Numbered from the stretch's first letter, positions 1-10,647 are shown. The stretch: 57,986 nt of DNA from Desulfobacteraceae bacterium (GCA_011390135.1 JAABSZ010000005.1:1-57986); one strand, 5' to 3'. Made by a program: numbers and translations. The notes: generated by a model not told the origin, from the letters alone.

Positions 1-888
1 GTAATGCTCCTGCGTCAGATACCGCGTGGATGCGCCTCCCGGAAGACATGCCTTGAACCGGCTCCCCTCCCGCATACCCCCAGCGACATCCTCGATGATC
101 TCCGAAAGGGGGATTCCGAGGGGCAGCTCATAACATCCCGGCTTTGCCACCTTTCCGCTGACGGCAAAGAGCTTCATTCCCGCGCCCGATTCACTTCGGG
201 CAAGGCCCTTGAACCAGTCTCCGCCGTTTCGCAGGATGTAGGGAACATAGGCCAGGGTCTCGGTGTTGTTGACCACCGTCGGCTTTCCCCAGAGCCCCTT
301 GACTGTGGGATAGGGGGGCGGACGGAATGGATTTGGCCGTTTTCCCATGAGCGCGTTGATCAGCGCGGTGGCCTCGCCGCAGATATAGCGGCCCCCGCTT
401 CGATGCACCTCGATGTGGAAGGAGTAGCCGGAATCCTGGATGTTGTCGCCCAACCATCCGGCCGCCTCGGCCTCGGCGATCGCGTCCTCCAGGATGCGGG
501 CCGTCCGTTCGTAGGATGGCCGGATAAAGACATAGCCCTGGTTCGATTCCACGGCATAGCCCGCGATGATAATTCCCTCGATGAGGGGATGGGGCCGCGT
601 GTGGATCAGCACCCGATCCTTGAAGGTTCCCGGCTCCATCTCATCGGTGTTTGCGATGATGTATCTCGGATATTCTGCATCTTCGGGCACGGTGAGCCAC
701 TTCTTTCCCGTGGGAAATCCCGCGCCGCCCAGCCCCCGGAGCCCGGCCTCATCCACCTTCTTGCGCACCTCCATCGGCTTTAAGGTCGAAAGGATCTCTC
801 CCAGGGCCTCGTAACCGCCCTCGTCCCGATACTCTTCCAGCCCGAAGGTGTGGCCTTGCCTGCGATCTTTAAGTAGGATCTGTGTCAC
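1..888 (-). CDS. nuoF: NADH-quinone oxidoreductase subunit F, 5' part (gene continues past the left edge)
   Basis: Absent from the ORF track (GTG start at 888, no stop in window). My minus-strand translation reads VTQILLKDRRQGHTFGLEEYRDEGGYEALGE..GLRGLGGAGFPTGKKW..NTDEMEPGTFKDR..RSGGRYICGEATALINALMGKR..WGKPTVVNNTETLA. These are the classic 51-kDa/NuoF FMN and NADH motifs. It overlaps the nuoE stop by 20 nt. The + strand ORF 4..783 is its antisense shadow. Confidence 0.9.
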   Translation of the reverse strand, partial: MTQILLKDRRQGHTFGLEEYRDEGGYEALGEILSTLKPMEVRKKVDEAGLRGLGGAGFPTGKKWLTVPEDAEYPRYIIANTDEMEPGTFKDRVLIHTRPHPLIEGIIIAGYAVESNQGYVFIRPSYERTARILEDAIAEAEAAGWLGDNIQDSGYSFHIEVHRSGGRYICGEATALINALMGKRPNPFRPPPYPTVKGLWGKPTVVNNTETLAYVPYILRNGGDWFKGLARSESGAGMKLFAVSGKVAKPGCYELPLGIPLSEIIEDVAGGMREGSRFKACLPGGASTRYLTQEHY

Positions 889-1456
889 GCTCTTTTGCCT
901 CTGTTCTTACAGCTTCCGTGGTGATCTCCCGGGCCATGTTCCGGTATCGCTCCAGCAGGCGGTCGATCTTGTCCGGCGTCAGATCTCCGTATGCCCGGTC
1001 ATTGATCAGCATGGCCGGCGCATGGTCGCAGTAGCCGATGCAGCAGACCGGCAGCAGGGTAAAAAGGCCATCTGCGGTGGTCTCCCCCGGGCTGATGGAG
1101 AGGCGGTTTGAAATGTGATCCATCACCGACTGGTGGTTCTCCAGCCAGCAGACCGCGCTGTCGCAGACCTGAAGGATGTATCTGCCGACCGGCTCTCTGA
1201 AGATCATGTTGTAGAAGGTGGCCAGCTCCTCCAACTGGGTCGGCGACATCCCCAGCAGGTCTGCGGCCTCGATCATGGCTGCATCGCTCATATATCCTAA
1301 ATGCTTCTGGATAATGAACATCACATCCACGGCCTTCTCCCGGGGATGCACCCCATGCGCGATCAGCTCGGCCAGCTCGTTTCTCAACTTCTCCGGCAGC
1401 ATCGAAGCCCTGTCGGCCCGTTCGTTCGATTCATGGTTCAACTCATGGTTCAACAT
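869..1456 (-). CDS. nuoE: NADH-quinone oxidoreductase subunit E (24-kDa [2Fe-2S] subunit)
   Basis: 195-aa ORF with VCDSAVCW..LLPVCCIGYCDHAPAMLIND, the NuoE four-Cys [2Fe-2S] pattern. It lies between nuoBCD and nuoF. Confidence 0.9.
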   Translation of the reverse strand: MLNHELNHESNERADRASMLPEKLRNELAELIAHGVHPREKAVDVMFIIQKHLGYMSDAAMIEAADLLGMSPTQLEELATFYNMIFREPVGRYILQVCDSAVCWLENHQSVMDHISNRLSISPGETTADGLFTLLPVCCIGYCDHAPAMLINDRAYGDLTPDKIDRLLERYRNMAREITTEAVRTEAKERDTDPT

Positions 1457-1489
1457 AGATTATCTGTCACTCATCGGTTGACATTTCCA

Positions 1490-3874
1490 TCAGCGGTCCG
1501 TATCCGGCATGATATAGTCCATCGAGCCCAGAATTGCGGCAAAATCGGGAATGTTTCCCCCAACCGCCATCAGGGGCAGGGCCTGAAGGTGGGCAAAATC
1601 TGGCCCTCTGATCCGCATCCGGTAGGCCGCGTTGATCCCGTCGCTGACCACATAGTAGCCCTGCTCGCCCCGGGAAACTTCGGTTGCGCCGTAGGCTTCC
1701 CCAGCAGGAATCTTGGGGCCCCGGGTCGCATTGATGAAATGGTGGACCATGCTTTCGATGTCCTCCAGTGTATCGGCCTTCTGAGGGATGCAGTACCGGT
1801 AATCCTCGCTTACATACCGGCCCGGCGGCATATTATCCGCGGCCTGTTGGATGATCTTCAGGCTCTGGCGCATCTCCTCCATCCGGACCAGATATCGGGC
1901 ATAGCAGTCACACCCATTCTCGGTCGGAATCTCGAAATCGAACGCGGGATAGGCTGAATAAGGGCCTTTTTTCCGAAGATCCCATTCCAGACCGCAGGCT
2001 CTGAGCATCGGACCAGAAATGCCCCACTCCATCGCATCTTTTAAAGAGATGATTCCGACACCCTTTGTCCGGGCCTTGATGATCGGGTTGCGGGTGATGA
2101 GCCGGTCATACTCTGCAAGGCGTTTGGGGAAGATTTTGACGAACTCGTCCACCATCGCCTTCCACCCATCGGGAAGGTCCATCGCGACGCCACCGATGCG
2201 GAACCAGCTCGGGTGAATCCGGCCCCCGGTGATGGTCTCCACGATGTCCATCACCATCTCCCGCTCCCGGAAGGTGTAGAAGGTGGCGCTCATCATTCCG
2301 ATGTCATGGACAAAGGTTCCCACCCAGAGGAGGTGGTTGCTCAGACGGAAGAACTCGGAGAGCATGACGCGGATATAGGCGGCCCGATCCGGCACTTTGA
2401 TCCCAGTCAATGTCTCCACGGCCGTAAGATAGGAGAGGTTGTTGGCAACCCCGGCAAGATAGTCGACCCGGTCCGTATAGGGGATGAACTGGTGCCAGGA
2501 CTGGCGCTCCCCGACCTTTTCCGCGGCCCGATGGTGGTACCCGATCTCGGTCTCCATGTCCAGAATCTGCTCGCCGCTGAGGGCAAGCATAAAGCGGATC
2601 AGGCCGTGGGTTCCGAAGTGGTGGGGGCCGTAGTTCAGGACAAAGGCATCCTTGTGGGTGGAGCGCTGCTCTAAAAACTCGGCCGCGTCATAGGGCTGAT
2701 TTCTTCGGGCATCGGTCAACGTATAGGGGGCCATCTCCGTTGCCCTGCCCGGATAGGATTTGCGCAGCGGGTGGCCCTGCCAGTTCTGCGGCATCAGAAT
2801 CCGCCGGAGGTCCGGGTGGCCTTCGAACCGAATGCCGAACATGTCGTAGACCTCCCGCTCGTACCAGTTTGCGGAGGGCCAGATATCGGTGATGGAATCG
2901 ACCGGCGGCTTCTCCTCGATCCTTTCCAGGGGAACCTTGAGCCGGATTCTTCCCGCACTTTCAAAGGAGAGGAGCTGATAGACCAGGGTATAGTCGGGCA
3001 AGTTTTTCCGGTTTCGCCGGGCCGACTCATCCACCGCGGTGAGATCGTTCAGGCGCAGATATTTCGGGCTGGCTTCGGTCTTTAGATACTTCAAGACCGA
3101 TTTGATCCGATGGGGCAGCACCGTAAAGACCGGCATGTCGGATGTGGGGCTCTCCATCTGCACATCAGTGCCGAACCGGAGCGACATCTCATGGGCTAAA
3201 GTCTTTTCCGAAGCCCGCAGCTCGATCTTTGCGGCCGGCGGGGTCCACATTAGATCGGATCTCGACCCCTCGAAGAGCGGCGGCGTCACCGAAGTTCCCC
3301 GGATCGTAATCCCTTCGTAGCCGGGCCCCCGAGGATCTCTCGATTTGGTCTTCCCCTCACGGAGAATCGGCGTGGTGGTTCCCTGGCTTCCGCCCGGAAG
3401 ATGAAAGACCGACCGGGCCGGCTTTTCCTCGTTCGCTATCTTCTCCTGCAGCATCATAAGCCCCTGGAGCAGGGCCTCGGGCCGGGGCGGACATCCGGGC
3501 ACATAGACATCGACCGGAAGGATCTGGTTGACCCCCTGCACCACGCTGTAGACATCGTACATCCCGCCGGAGTTGGAACAGGATCCCATGGAGATCACCC
3601 ACCGGGGCTCGGCCATCTGCTCGTAGAGGCGCAGGATGGCGGGCGCAATCTTTTTGAATACCGTTCCGGAGATGATGAGAAGATCGGCCTGCCGCGGAGA
3701 GCCCCGGAAGACCTCGGAGCCGAAGCGGCTGATATCATATCTTGAAGTAAATGCGGTCGACTGCTCGATAAAACAGCAGGAGAGGCCGAAAAACATGGGC
3801 CAGAGGCTGTTCTTGTGGGCCCAGTTGATGACGATATCTCCCAGGCGCAGCCCCGCATCGGTCAACCGGTTCAC
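1490..3874 (-). CDS. nuoBCD: Fused NADH-quinone oxidoreductase subunits B, C and D (NuoBCD)
   Basis: A single ORF carries three sets of motifs. NuoB: [37 protein letters not shown]. NuoC: [22 protein letters not shown]. NuoD: [11 protein letters not shown] .. ends [12 protein letters not shown]. The track start ATG 3976 would overlap nuoA by 105 nt. An in-frame GTG at 3874 overlaps the nuoA TGA as GTGA (translational coupling), so I prefer that start. Confidence 0.9.
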   Translation of the reverse strand: MNRLTDAGLRLGDIVINWAHKNSLWPMFFGLSCCFIEQSTAFTSRYDISRFGSEVFRGSPRQADLLIISGTVFKKIAPAILRLYEQMAEPRWVISMGSCSNSGGMYDVYSVVQGVNQILPVDVYVPGCPPRPEALLQGLMMLQEKIANEEKPARSVFHLPGGSQGTTTPILREGKTKSRDPRGPGYEGITIRGTSVTPPLFEGSRSDLMWTPPAAKIELRASEKTLAHEMSLRFGTDVQMESPTSDMPVFTVLPHRIKSVLKYLKTEASPKYLRLNDLTAVDESARRNRKNLPDYTLVYQLLSFESAGRIRLKVPLERIEEKPPVDSITDIWPSANWYEREVYDMFGIRFEGHPDLRRILMPQNWQGHPLRKSYPGRATEMAPYTLTDARRNQPYDAAEFLEQRSTHKDAFVLNYGPHHFGTHGLIRFMLALSGEQILDMETEIGYHHRAAEKVGERQSWHQFIPYTDRVDYLAGVANNLSYLTAVETLTGIKVPDRAAYIRVMLSEFFRLSNHLLWVGTFVHDIGMMSATFYTFREREMVMDIVETITGGRIHPSWFRIGGVAMDLPDGWKAMVDEFVKIFPKRLAEYDRLITRNPIIKARTKGVGIISLKDAMEWGISGPMLRACGLEWDLRKKGPYSAYPAFDFEIPTENGCDCYARYLVRMEEMRQSLKIIQQAADNMPPGRYVSEDYRYCIPQKADTLEDIESMVHHFINATRGPKIPAGEAYGATEVSRGEQGYYVVSDGINAAYRMRIRGPDFAHLQALPLMAVGGNIPDFAAILGSMDYIMPDTDR

Positions 3875-4290
3875 AGGTTCGGGCCGGTGGTGGGTCCCCA
3901 CTCGAGTCCTCCCTTCTTCCAGAGGTAAAAGAGGCTGATCATCAATACGATAATGAAAAAGGAGATCTGCAGCCATCCCTTGACCCCCAGGGGCTCGTAT
4001 GCCACGGCCCAGGAGAAGATGAACGCGGCCTCCACATCGAAAAGGAGAAAGAAGGTGGCTACGAGGTAGAAGGGGACCGGATAGGAGAAACGGGCATGGC
4101 CCGTAGGGATGATCCCGCTTTCATAGGCTCTTGCCTTTTCGGGATTCTCCCGCTTCTCTCCGATCCATGCGGTCAGGATCATTATGACGGCCATGAGGCC
4201 GACAACGATGAGCGCGAAGATCACCAGGCTGGCGAAGCCCGGGTCCCACGGGGAAAAGCTTAGACTGACAGGTTGAAGTGCAGGTTCCAT
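3871..4290 (-). CDS. nuoA: NADH-quinone oxidoreductase subunit A
   Basis: 139-aa three-TM protein with [25 protein letters not shown], the conserved NuoA/ND3 core. It is first in the nuo gene order. Confidence 0.9.
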   Translation of the reverse strand: MEPALQPVSLSFSPWDPGFASLVIFALIVVGLMAVIMILTAWIGEKRENPEKARAYESGIIPTGHARFSYPVPFYLVATFFLLFDVEAAFIFSWAVAYEPLGVKGWLQISFFIIVLMISLFYLWKKGGLEWGPTTGPNL

Positions 4291-4597
4291 GACATCCTTC
4301 GTAAACAGTCGAGATAAACGGTCGAGCGGTTTCCGGTTGCTTCTGCCTTCAATAAATCAGATGTCAGCATAACAGGATACTTTTCAGAAATCAATGGGGA
4401 AAATTATGTATTTGCACGGGTCGGGGCTCTTGCTCCGCTCATCTTCAATAAAGAATAGGGCAAATCCAGCCCATGAATAGGGTTTTTACCTTATTGCCCT
4501 GACATCTGTTCAATGGCAAAATTGCATTTCCAGACAGAATGGCCGTGTAAATTTCAAAAAATCTTTATACACTGGAAAACCCTTTTCGGAGTCGATC

Positions 4598-5920
4598 ATG
4601 AAAATCTGCATGTTTACAAATACCTATCTTCCCCATGTGGGGGGTGTGGCGCGTTCCGTCTCCTTCTTTACCGAAGACCTGCGGGCAATGGGTCATGATG
4701 TTCTGGTGGTGGCCCCCACCTTTCCAAATGAGGGGGACGAGGAGGAGAAGAGCGCTGAGATAAGCAATGATGAGGATATGGTGCTTAGGGTTCCGGCCCT
4801 TCAGAATTTCAACGGAAGCGACTTTTCGGTGAGGATTCCCCTTCCCTTCATCATCGACGAGAAGATCGACGAGTTCGCGCCCGATCTGATCCACAGCCAC
4901 CATCCTTTCCTGCTGGGAGATGCGGCCATGCGCGCGGCCAAATACCGGGATCTGCCGCTGGTTTTCACGCACCATACCCTCTATGAGAAATATACCCACT
5001 ATGTCTCCTCTAAATCAGACGCGATGAAAAGGTTTGCCATCAACCTCTCTACGGAATACGCCAACATGTGCTGCCGGGTGATCGCACCCAGCGAAAGTGT
5101 TGCCCGGATGCTCCGGAAACGGGGGGTGGAGACCCCGGTGGAGGAGCTGCCTACCGGGGTGGATATCCGCTTCTTTGCCAACGGCAGCGGCGACAATTTC
5201 CGGCAGGAGCTGTCGATTCCACAGGATGCCTTTCTGGTGGGCCACCTGGGACGCCTTGCCTTTGAAAAGAATCTCGATTACCTCACCCAAGCCGTGGTCG
5301 AATTTTTGAAAAACCATCCCAACGCCGGATTTCTGGTGGTGGGCAGCGGCCCCAGCGAGGAAGATATCCTTGAGATTTTTGAGGAGAACGGAGTGTCGGA
5401 TCGGCTCTTCATGGCCGGAAAACTGACGGGGCAGGCCCTGAGCGATGCCTACCATGCAATGGATCTTTTCGTCTTCTCATCCAGATCCGAGACCCAGGGG
5501 ATGGTGCTGGTGGAGGCTATGGCCGCGGGCAAGCCGGTGATCGCACTCGATGCATCCGGGGCAAGAGAGGTGGTTGAAGATGGGGAGAACGGAAGGCTTC
5601 TTCCGGCAGAAACCCCGGCAGAAGAATTTGCCGAAACCATAAAAGAGGCCGCAGAAGATCCGGATCTTTTAAAAAAATGGGCAGACAAGGCATTCGAGAC
5701 CTCCCGCCATTTCTCCAGAGAGGTCTGCGCGACCCGCCTGCTGGGGATTTACGTCGAGACCATCAAAGAGCATGACGCTTCCAAGGGGAAAGAGGATCTC
5801 GATATATGGGATGATCTTCTCCGGAGCATCAAAGTGGAATGGGAACTCTTGTCGGAAAAGGCGGCCGCGGTGGCCGGCATCATGAAGAGCGATGATGCCC
5901 AAGAGGTGGAACTTGATTAG
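4598..5920 (+). CDS. GT4-family glycosyltransferase (resembles diacylglycerol glucosyltransferase-type enzymes)
   Basis: N-terminus MKICMFTNTYLPHVGGVARSV and C-terminal ..FVFSSRSETQGMVLVEAMAAGKPVIA (E-x7-E GT-B/GT4 signature). GGAG lies 7 nt upstream of the ATG. Confidence 0.85.
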   Translation: MKICMFTNTYLPHVGGVARSVSFFTEDLRAMGHDVLVVAPTFPNEGDEEEKSAEISNDEDMVLRVPALQNFNGSDFSVRIPLPFIIDEKIDEFAPDLIHSHHPFLLGDAAMRAAKYRDLPLVFTHHTLYEKYTHYVSSKSDAMKRFAINLSTEYANMCCRVIAPSESVARMLRKRGVETPVEELPTGVDIRFFANGSGDNFRQELSIPQDAFLVGHLGRLAFEKNLDYLTQAVVEFLKNHPNAGFLVVGSGPSEEDILEIFEENGVSDRLFMAGKLTGQALSDAYHAMDLFVFSSRSETQGMVLVEAMAAGKPVIALDASGAREVVEDGENGRLLPAETPAEEFAETIKEAAEDPDLLKKWADKAFETSRHFSREVCATRLLGIYVETIKEHDASKGKEDLDIWDDLLRSIKVEWELLSEKAAAVAGIMKSDDAQEVELD

Positions 5921-8312
5921 AAAGATCGAAAAACTGATCCGGGGGCTTCGAAAGCGGCTGGCCCGAAGCGATCTGGCAGTGCGGATGCTGGGGCTTCCAT
6001 GCGTGGGCGACGGCAGCACCGAGCCGGGGCTGATCATGATCCAGATCGACGGCTTTTCCCACCAGCAGCTCATTCGGGCACTGGAGAAAGGGCGGATGCC
6101 CTTTTTAAAGAGCCTCATCGATGGGCAGGACTATAAGCTCAAACCCTTCTACTCGGGAATTCCCTCCAGCACACCTGCGGTTCAGGCCGAGCTTTTCTTC
6201 GGGGTGCAGGTCTCCATCCCGGGCTTTGAATACTACCAGCGCAAAGATGGCCGCCATATGGTTCTTTTTGATACTGCGGTCGTCAACCTGCTTGCGGATC
6301 GTTTCAAAAAGGAGGGGGAGCCGCTGCTGACCGGCGGAGCCGCATATGCCGACATCTACACGGCCGGGGCCAAAGAGGCCCGCTTCTGCATGGAGACCTT
6401 CAACATCGAAAGCTTTCTGCGCCAGGCCAAGCCGATCCGGATGGGCCTGATCCTGCTCTCGCACTCTGGCAAAATCCTTCGGATCATCGGTCTCTCGCTG
6501 GTGGAATTCGGCCTTGCGGTTTACGATTTCGTGCTGGGGATCTACAACCGGCGGGACTTCTTTCGGGAGCTGAAGTTCGTCCCCACCCGCATCGGGGTGA
6601 GCATAGTCTTCCGGGAGCTGGTTCGGATGCACGTCAAGATGGATATCGCCAGAGGCATCCGCATTGTCCATGCCAATTTCCTCGGCTATGACGAGCACGC
6701 GCACCGGCGAAGCCCCTCCTCCCTCTTTGCCCACTGGACCCTGAAGGGGATCGACGGCGCGATCAGAGACATCTACCATTCGGCACGGCGGAGCGAATGC
6801 CGGGATTACCATGTGGTGATCCATTCGGACCACGGCCAGGAGGATGCCGACCCATATGGAAGTCTCCACGGTAAAGAGGTGCAGACCGCAGTGGCCGAGG
6901 TCTTTTCCAAAGGGGTACTCGCAGAAGTTCCGTTTCACCCTTCCGCAGAGGAGTTGACCAAAGAGTATCTCTACCGCCGGGGCCGCACCCATATCCGGAA
7001 AAAAGGGCTCCACCCGGATGAGATTCAACTCGGCTCCGATGCCATTGAAAAGATCAAGGTCGCGCATATGGGACCTCTGGGCCATATCTATCTGCCGGTC
7101 TCCACCACCCATGAGGAACGGGAGCATCTGGCCAAACGGCTGGTAAAGGAGACATTCATCCCCCAGGTCTTCTTCATCTCCGGGGAGCGGATTCTTGTGG
7201 CCAACCCGGACGGGGTTTTCGATCTGGACAAAGATCGGAAACGGATCATCGGAGAGAACCACCCCTTTCTGGATGCGGTTACGGAAGATATGGAGCGGGT
7301 CTGCCGCCATCCGGATGCTGGAACGATGGTCATCTCCGGCTGGCTTCCGGGAAAGAAGACCGTCACCTTTGCCACGGAGAACGGCTCCCACGGGGGCCCG
7401 GGCATGGATGAAACAAAAGCGTTCGTCATACTGCCGCCGAGCCTGCAGAAAAATGCCGCTTTTCTCAGGCCATCAGAACTCCGGGAACGGATCTTCGATT
7501 TTTTCAAAAACCATCCCCGAACCCGGCGGATCTTTCCCATAGAGCCGGAAAAGGGAAAAAGCCCGGAAAAAGAGATCCGGGTGATGACCTACAACATCCA
7601 TAGCTGCGTCAACATGGATGGCCGGATCTTTCCGGAGAGGATCGCGCGGGTCATCGACGGGCTCAACCCGGACATCGTCGCGCTTCAGGAGGTGGACAAC
7701 GGGCAGGACAGAACCCGCTTTACAGATCAGGCCCGGATCATTGCCGAATACCTGGATATGGAACACATCTTTCTTCCCCTGGTGGTAGGCTCCGATAACG
7801 GTAAAAACCACGGCTACGGCATCGCTGTCTTGAGCCGCTTTCCCCTGGAGGCCGTCAAGATGGACCGGCTGCCCGGGATGGCCCCCAAAGAGCCCAGAGG
7901 TATCATCTGGGTCAAGGTCCAAACCCCTGCGGGCCCGGTTCATCTCTTCAACACCCACCTGAGCCTCTATCAGAAAGAGCGAAAGCTCCAGATCCAAGCC
8001 ATCACCGGGGAGGAATGGATCAAGGCTGTAGGAGAGAACGAGCCGGTGATCTTCTGCGGCGATCTCAATGCCGGCCCCAAATCGCCGGTTTACAAGGAAC
8101 TCTCAAGCTGCCTGCAGGATGCACAGATAGTCACCCCCAGCCCCCGAACGCCCCAGCCCACCTTCTTCTCCCGAAATCCCATCTTCCGGATCGACCATAT
8201 CTTCATATCCGATCACTTCAACGCGGTAGATCTCCAGGTTCCCAGAACCGATGATGCAAAGACGGCTTCGGATCATCTGCCCTTGATGGTGAAGCTGACT
8301 ATGAAAAGCTAA
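5892..8312 (+). CDS. Fusion protein: alkaline-phosphatase-superfamily (type I phosphodiesterase/NPP-like) domain plus C-terminal endonuclease/exonuclease/phosphatase (EEP) domain
   Basis: N-terminal part has IQIDGFSHQQL, PSSTPAVQAELF and VVIHSDHGQ (AlkP-superfamily metal/nucleophile motifs). C-terminal 240 aa reads IRVMTYNIHSC..DIVALQEVD..FNTHLS..GDLNA..SDHLPLMVKL, the EEP catalytic motifs. The start overlaps the GT4 stop by 29 nt, and a later start is possible. Confidence 0.8.
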   Translation: MMPKRWNLIRKIEKLIRGLRKRLARSDLAVRMLGLPCVGDGSTEPGLIMIQIDGFSHQQLIRALEKGRMPFLKSLIDGQDYKLKPFYSGIPSSTPAVQAELFFGVQVSIPGFEYYQRKDGRHMVLFDTAVVNLLADRFKKEGEPLLTGGAAYADIYTAGAKEARFCMETFNIESFLRQAKPIRMGLILLSHSGKILRIIGLSLVEFGLAVYDFVLGIYNRRDFFRELKFVPTRIGVSIVFRELVRMHVKMDIARGIRIVHANFLGYDEHAHRRSPSSLFAHWTLKGIDGAIRDIYHSARRSECRDYHVVIHSDHGQEDADPYGSLHGKEVQTAVAEVFSKGVLAEVPFHPSAEELTKEYLYRRGRTHIRKKGLHPDEIQLGSDAIEKIKVAHMGPLGHIYLPVSTTHEEREHLAKRLVKETFIPQVFFISGERILVANPDGVFDLDKDRKRIIGENHPFLDAVTEDMERVCRHPDAGTMVISGWLPGKKTVTFATENGSHGGPGMDETKAFVILPPSLQKNAAFLRPSELRERIFDFFKNHPRTRRIFPIEPEKGKSPEKEIRVMTYNIHSCVNMDGRIFPERIARVIDGLNPDIVALQEVDNGQDRTRFTDQARIIAEYLDMEHIFLPLVVGSDNGKNHGYGIAVLSRFPLEAVKMDRLPGMAPKEPRGIIWVKVQTPAGPVHLFNTHLSLYQKERKLQIQAITGEEWIKAVGENEPVIFCGDLNAGPKSPVYKELSSCLQDAQIVTPSPRTPQPTFFSRNPIFRIDHIFISDHFNAVDLQVPRTDDAKTASDHLPLMVKLTMKS

Positions 8313-8809
8313 CGCCACTTTGGCTTCTTTCCGCCGTCATAGGATTTGGCAAGCCCCTGTTTGACCAGCATCCGGCCCAGATCCCTCCGGTCGCAGAAGA
8401 CAGTGGCCAGTATCCGTCCGTATTTGTCTGCGGTACTGATGTTGTAGAGATCGATCCGCCTAGCGTTTTTAATCTTCGCTTCGGTAAATTCCTTTGCCTT
8501 CTGCGCCTTCTTCCGGACCCCCGGCCGGCTGTCCCTCAGCTCCGGTGTGTCGATTCCCCGGATCCGGATGCCGACGCTCTTTCCGTCGATCGGGTTGTGC
8601 CCCTTGATGTGGGCCTTGAAGGTATCGCCGTCGTAGACGCTCTCGACGCTCTTCACGGTGCTGTGCCAGACGCATTTCGGATCGGGCACCGGCAGAGGGT
8701 CCCGGCCCCGGAACCGCCAGAACAGAAATGCTCCGATCAGAACGAGTCCGACGGCCAGCCCCTTCAGCAGTTTCGGGTCCATACTCTGCAGCCGCTGCAT
8801 CAGTTCCAT
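8309..8809 (-). CDS. Membrane-anchored thermonuclease (SNase-like) family protein
   Basis: N-terminal TM helix followed by VYDGDTF..IRIRGIDTPE..DKYGRILATV..LVKQGLA, the staphylococcal-nuclease fold motifs. Confidence 0.8.
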   Translation of the reverse strand: MELMQRLQSMDPKLLKGLAVGLVLIGAFLFWRFRGRDPLPVPDPKCVWHSTVKSVESVYDGDTFKAHIKGHNPIDGKSVGIRIRGIDTPELRDSRPGVRKKAQKAKEFTEAKIKNARRIDLYNISTADKYGRILATVFCDRRDLGRMLVKQGLAKSYDGGKKPKWR

Positions 8810-8811
8810 CT

Positions 8812-9234
8812 TCAGCCCCCGATTCCCTTTTTGGTCTTGTGCCAGTAGAGATCACCGGTCTTGCCGATGAATCCGGGTACATTGGCCCCCTCCCGGATGG
8901 GTCCATCGGAACGTCCGGCCTTGTCATAGTTGAGCCTGCCCACGTCATCGATCACAAAGATGGTGTTCTGCCGCATCAGATTGATATACTTTTCATAGAT
9001 CCGGATCTTGACCGCGATCATGTTCCCTCCGCCCAGGGACTGGTTGATCACCTCGCCGATCTGATATCCCCTGGAATAGACCTTTTCATCGCTCATGTGC
9101 GGCTTCTCCTCGAAAAGGACGTAATAGACCTTGTCTCCGAAGACCGGAATATCTGCAATATCTCTTCCCTGGAGGGATGCGCATCCGCCTGAAAGAAGCG
9201 TTGCTGCAAAGAGTAAAAGGGCAAACTGTTTCAT
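8812..9234 (-). CDS. Lipoprotein, unknown function
   Basis: MKQFALLLFAATLLSGGC gives a signal peptide plus lipobox. AGGGAGG lies 6 nt upstream of the ATG at 9234. The longer track start (9267) lacks an RBS. Confidence 0.7.
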   Translation of the reverse strand: MKQFALLLFAATLLSGGCASLQGRDIADIPVFGDKVYYVLFEEKPHMSDEKVYSRGYQIGEVINQSLGGGNMIAVKIRIYEKYINLMRQNTIFVIDDVGRLNYDKAGRSDGPIREGANVPGFIGKTGDLYWHKTKKGIGG

Positions 9235-9311
9235 GAAAACCTCCCTGATTGGTATAAAAACCTTCACTGCGGCAATGCCGACATCTTCAGCCTACCACCT
9301 CGGCCGGTAAT

Positions 9312-9911
9312 TCACCATCTCTTTTTGGAAACTGTAAGCAGCGCATTCCGTGCTGCCAGAGCAAATTTTCCGCGGCAGAAGGAATCGTTCATCAGTGCCC
9401 GGCGCAGCCCGGCACTCAATTCCATCTGAACCCCTTTTCCGGATCTTCCCCGGTTGCAGATGTTTGCCCGATGTACCGCACCCATTCCAGAAGCCGGCGC
9501 GCGAACATCAAAGCCTGCTGTCCGGAGATTTTTCTCTATTCTTCTGCACAGCTCCGTATCGAGGCCCCCCAGCATGATGAATCGGTCATCCTTTTGCTTC
9601 TGCCCATGAATCGCCACCACGGTCTCCGCATCTTGAGCCGCAGAGAGCCCTGTCGGCTCATCGAACCGGTGGCTGGTGAGGTGGAGATCCCAGTTCTCTC
9701 CCCTTTTTTTTATACCGCTGAAGGTATAGCAGGAGAAGAGAGGCCCGGCAATCATCCGCGCGGCATGATCGGTATAGAATTCAATCCTGCCGCCGTGGGG
9801 AGCCATCAGCAGGATCTTTGACTCCCGGTTTCGATAGTCGATCCGGTAATCGAGTTCGGGGGTCTGCTCTTCTGATAGTTCGGCAAAGTTGCGGTATCGA
9901 TCCTGGCTCAT
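9312..9911 (-). CDS. Poly-gamma-glutamate hydrolase (PghP/DUF867) family protein
   Basis: APHGGRIE.., HLTSHRFDEP, AIHG and SGKGVQMELSAGLRRAL closely match the phage PghP/YjqB zinc-hydrolase family motifs as I remember them. Confidence 0.8.
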   Translation of the reverse strand: MSQDRYRNFAELSEEQTPELDYRIDYRNRESKILLMAPHGGRIEFYTDHAARMIAGPLFSCYTFSGIKKRGENWDLHLTSHRFDEPTGLSAAQDAETVVAIHGQKQKDDRFIMLGGLDTELCRRIEKNLRTAGFDVRAPASGMGAVHRANICNRGRSGKGVQMELSAGLRRALMNDSFCRGKFALAARNALLTVSKKRW

Positions 9912-10028
9912 CCATTCAGATTATCATTTTTTCAGTTGTCTGTCATCGATGGCTCTGGTATCCTCATCATTGTTGGGTCCATTGTGAAAAGTAAAGAATA
10001 ACTTGACATTCAAATGACATAGCCTTAT

Positions 10029-10631
10029 ATGAGATCACGAAAATCAAAGGGAAACCCGTGGGCTGATCATTACACCCGAAAGGCGAGAAAGGAGAACTTC
10101 CCGGCCCGCTCGGTCTATAAACTGGAGGAGATTCAAAAAAAACACCGGTTGATCCGTAAAGGACAGAAGATCCTCGATCTGGGGTGCGCGCCCGGATCAT
10201 GGCTGAAATATGCCGCAGAAATCACAGGCCCTTCGGGGAGGATTGTCGGGGTCGATCTGAAGCCGGTTACGATTGCTCTTCCGAATCAGGTGCAGGTGAT
10301 CGAAGCCGATGTCTTTTCTCTGGAGGGGCCATTTTTTGATGCCCAGGGAAGAGACTTCAACGGGGTGATCAGCGACATGGCCCCGACCACCACGGGCCAT
10401 GCCGGCACCGATGCAGCAAGATCAGCCGCGCTTTGCCAGGCCGCGCTTTCCATTGCAGAGAATGGACTTGCGCCGGGCGGATTCTTCATCTGCAAGATAT
10501 TTCAGGGGGAGGATTTCAACGCGTTTCTCAATAGGATAAAAGCCATTTTCAAAAAACAGAAGAATTTCAAACCCCAGAGCAGCCGAAAGGCCAGCCGGGA
10601 GATGTTTGTCATAGGAACCGATAAAAAATAA
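10029..10631 (+). CDS. rlmE: 23S rRNA (uridine2552-2'-O)-methyltransferase RlmE/FtsJ
   Basis: [45 protein letters not shown], the FtsJ SAM-methyltransferase motifs. Confidence 0.9.
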   Translation: MRSRKSKGNPWADHYTRKARKENFPARSVYKLEEIQKKHRLIRKGQKILDLGCAPGSWLKYAAEITGPSGRIVGVDLKPVTIALPNQVQVIEADVFSLEGPFFDAQGRDFNGVISDMAPTTTGHAGTDAARSAALCQAALSIAENGLAPGGFFICKIFQGEDFNAFLNRIKAIFKKQKNFKPQSSRKASREMFVIGTDKK

Positions 10632-10647
10632 AAAGCAGGAGGAAGAT

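Noticed and set aside
4-783. 259-aa + strand ORF at the left edge.
   Set aside because: It is the antisense shadow of nuoF. The minus strand encodes textbook NuoF motifs over the same span, while the + strand product is Arg/Pro/Gly-rich with no recognisable motifs.
4514-4526. Sigma-54-like TGGCAAAATTGCA upstream of the glycosyltransferase gene.
   Set aside because: The GG-to-GC spacing is 3 nt too short for a -24/-12 promoter.
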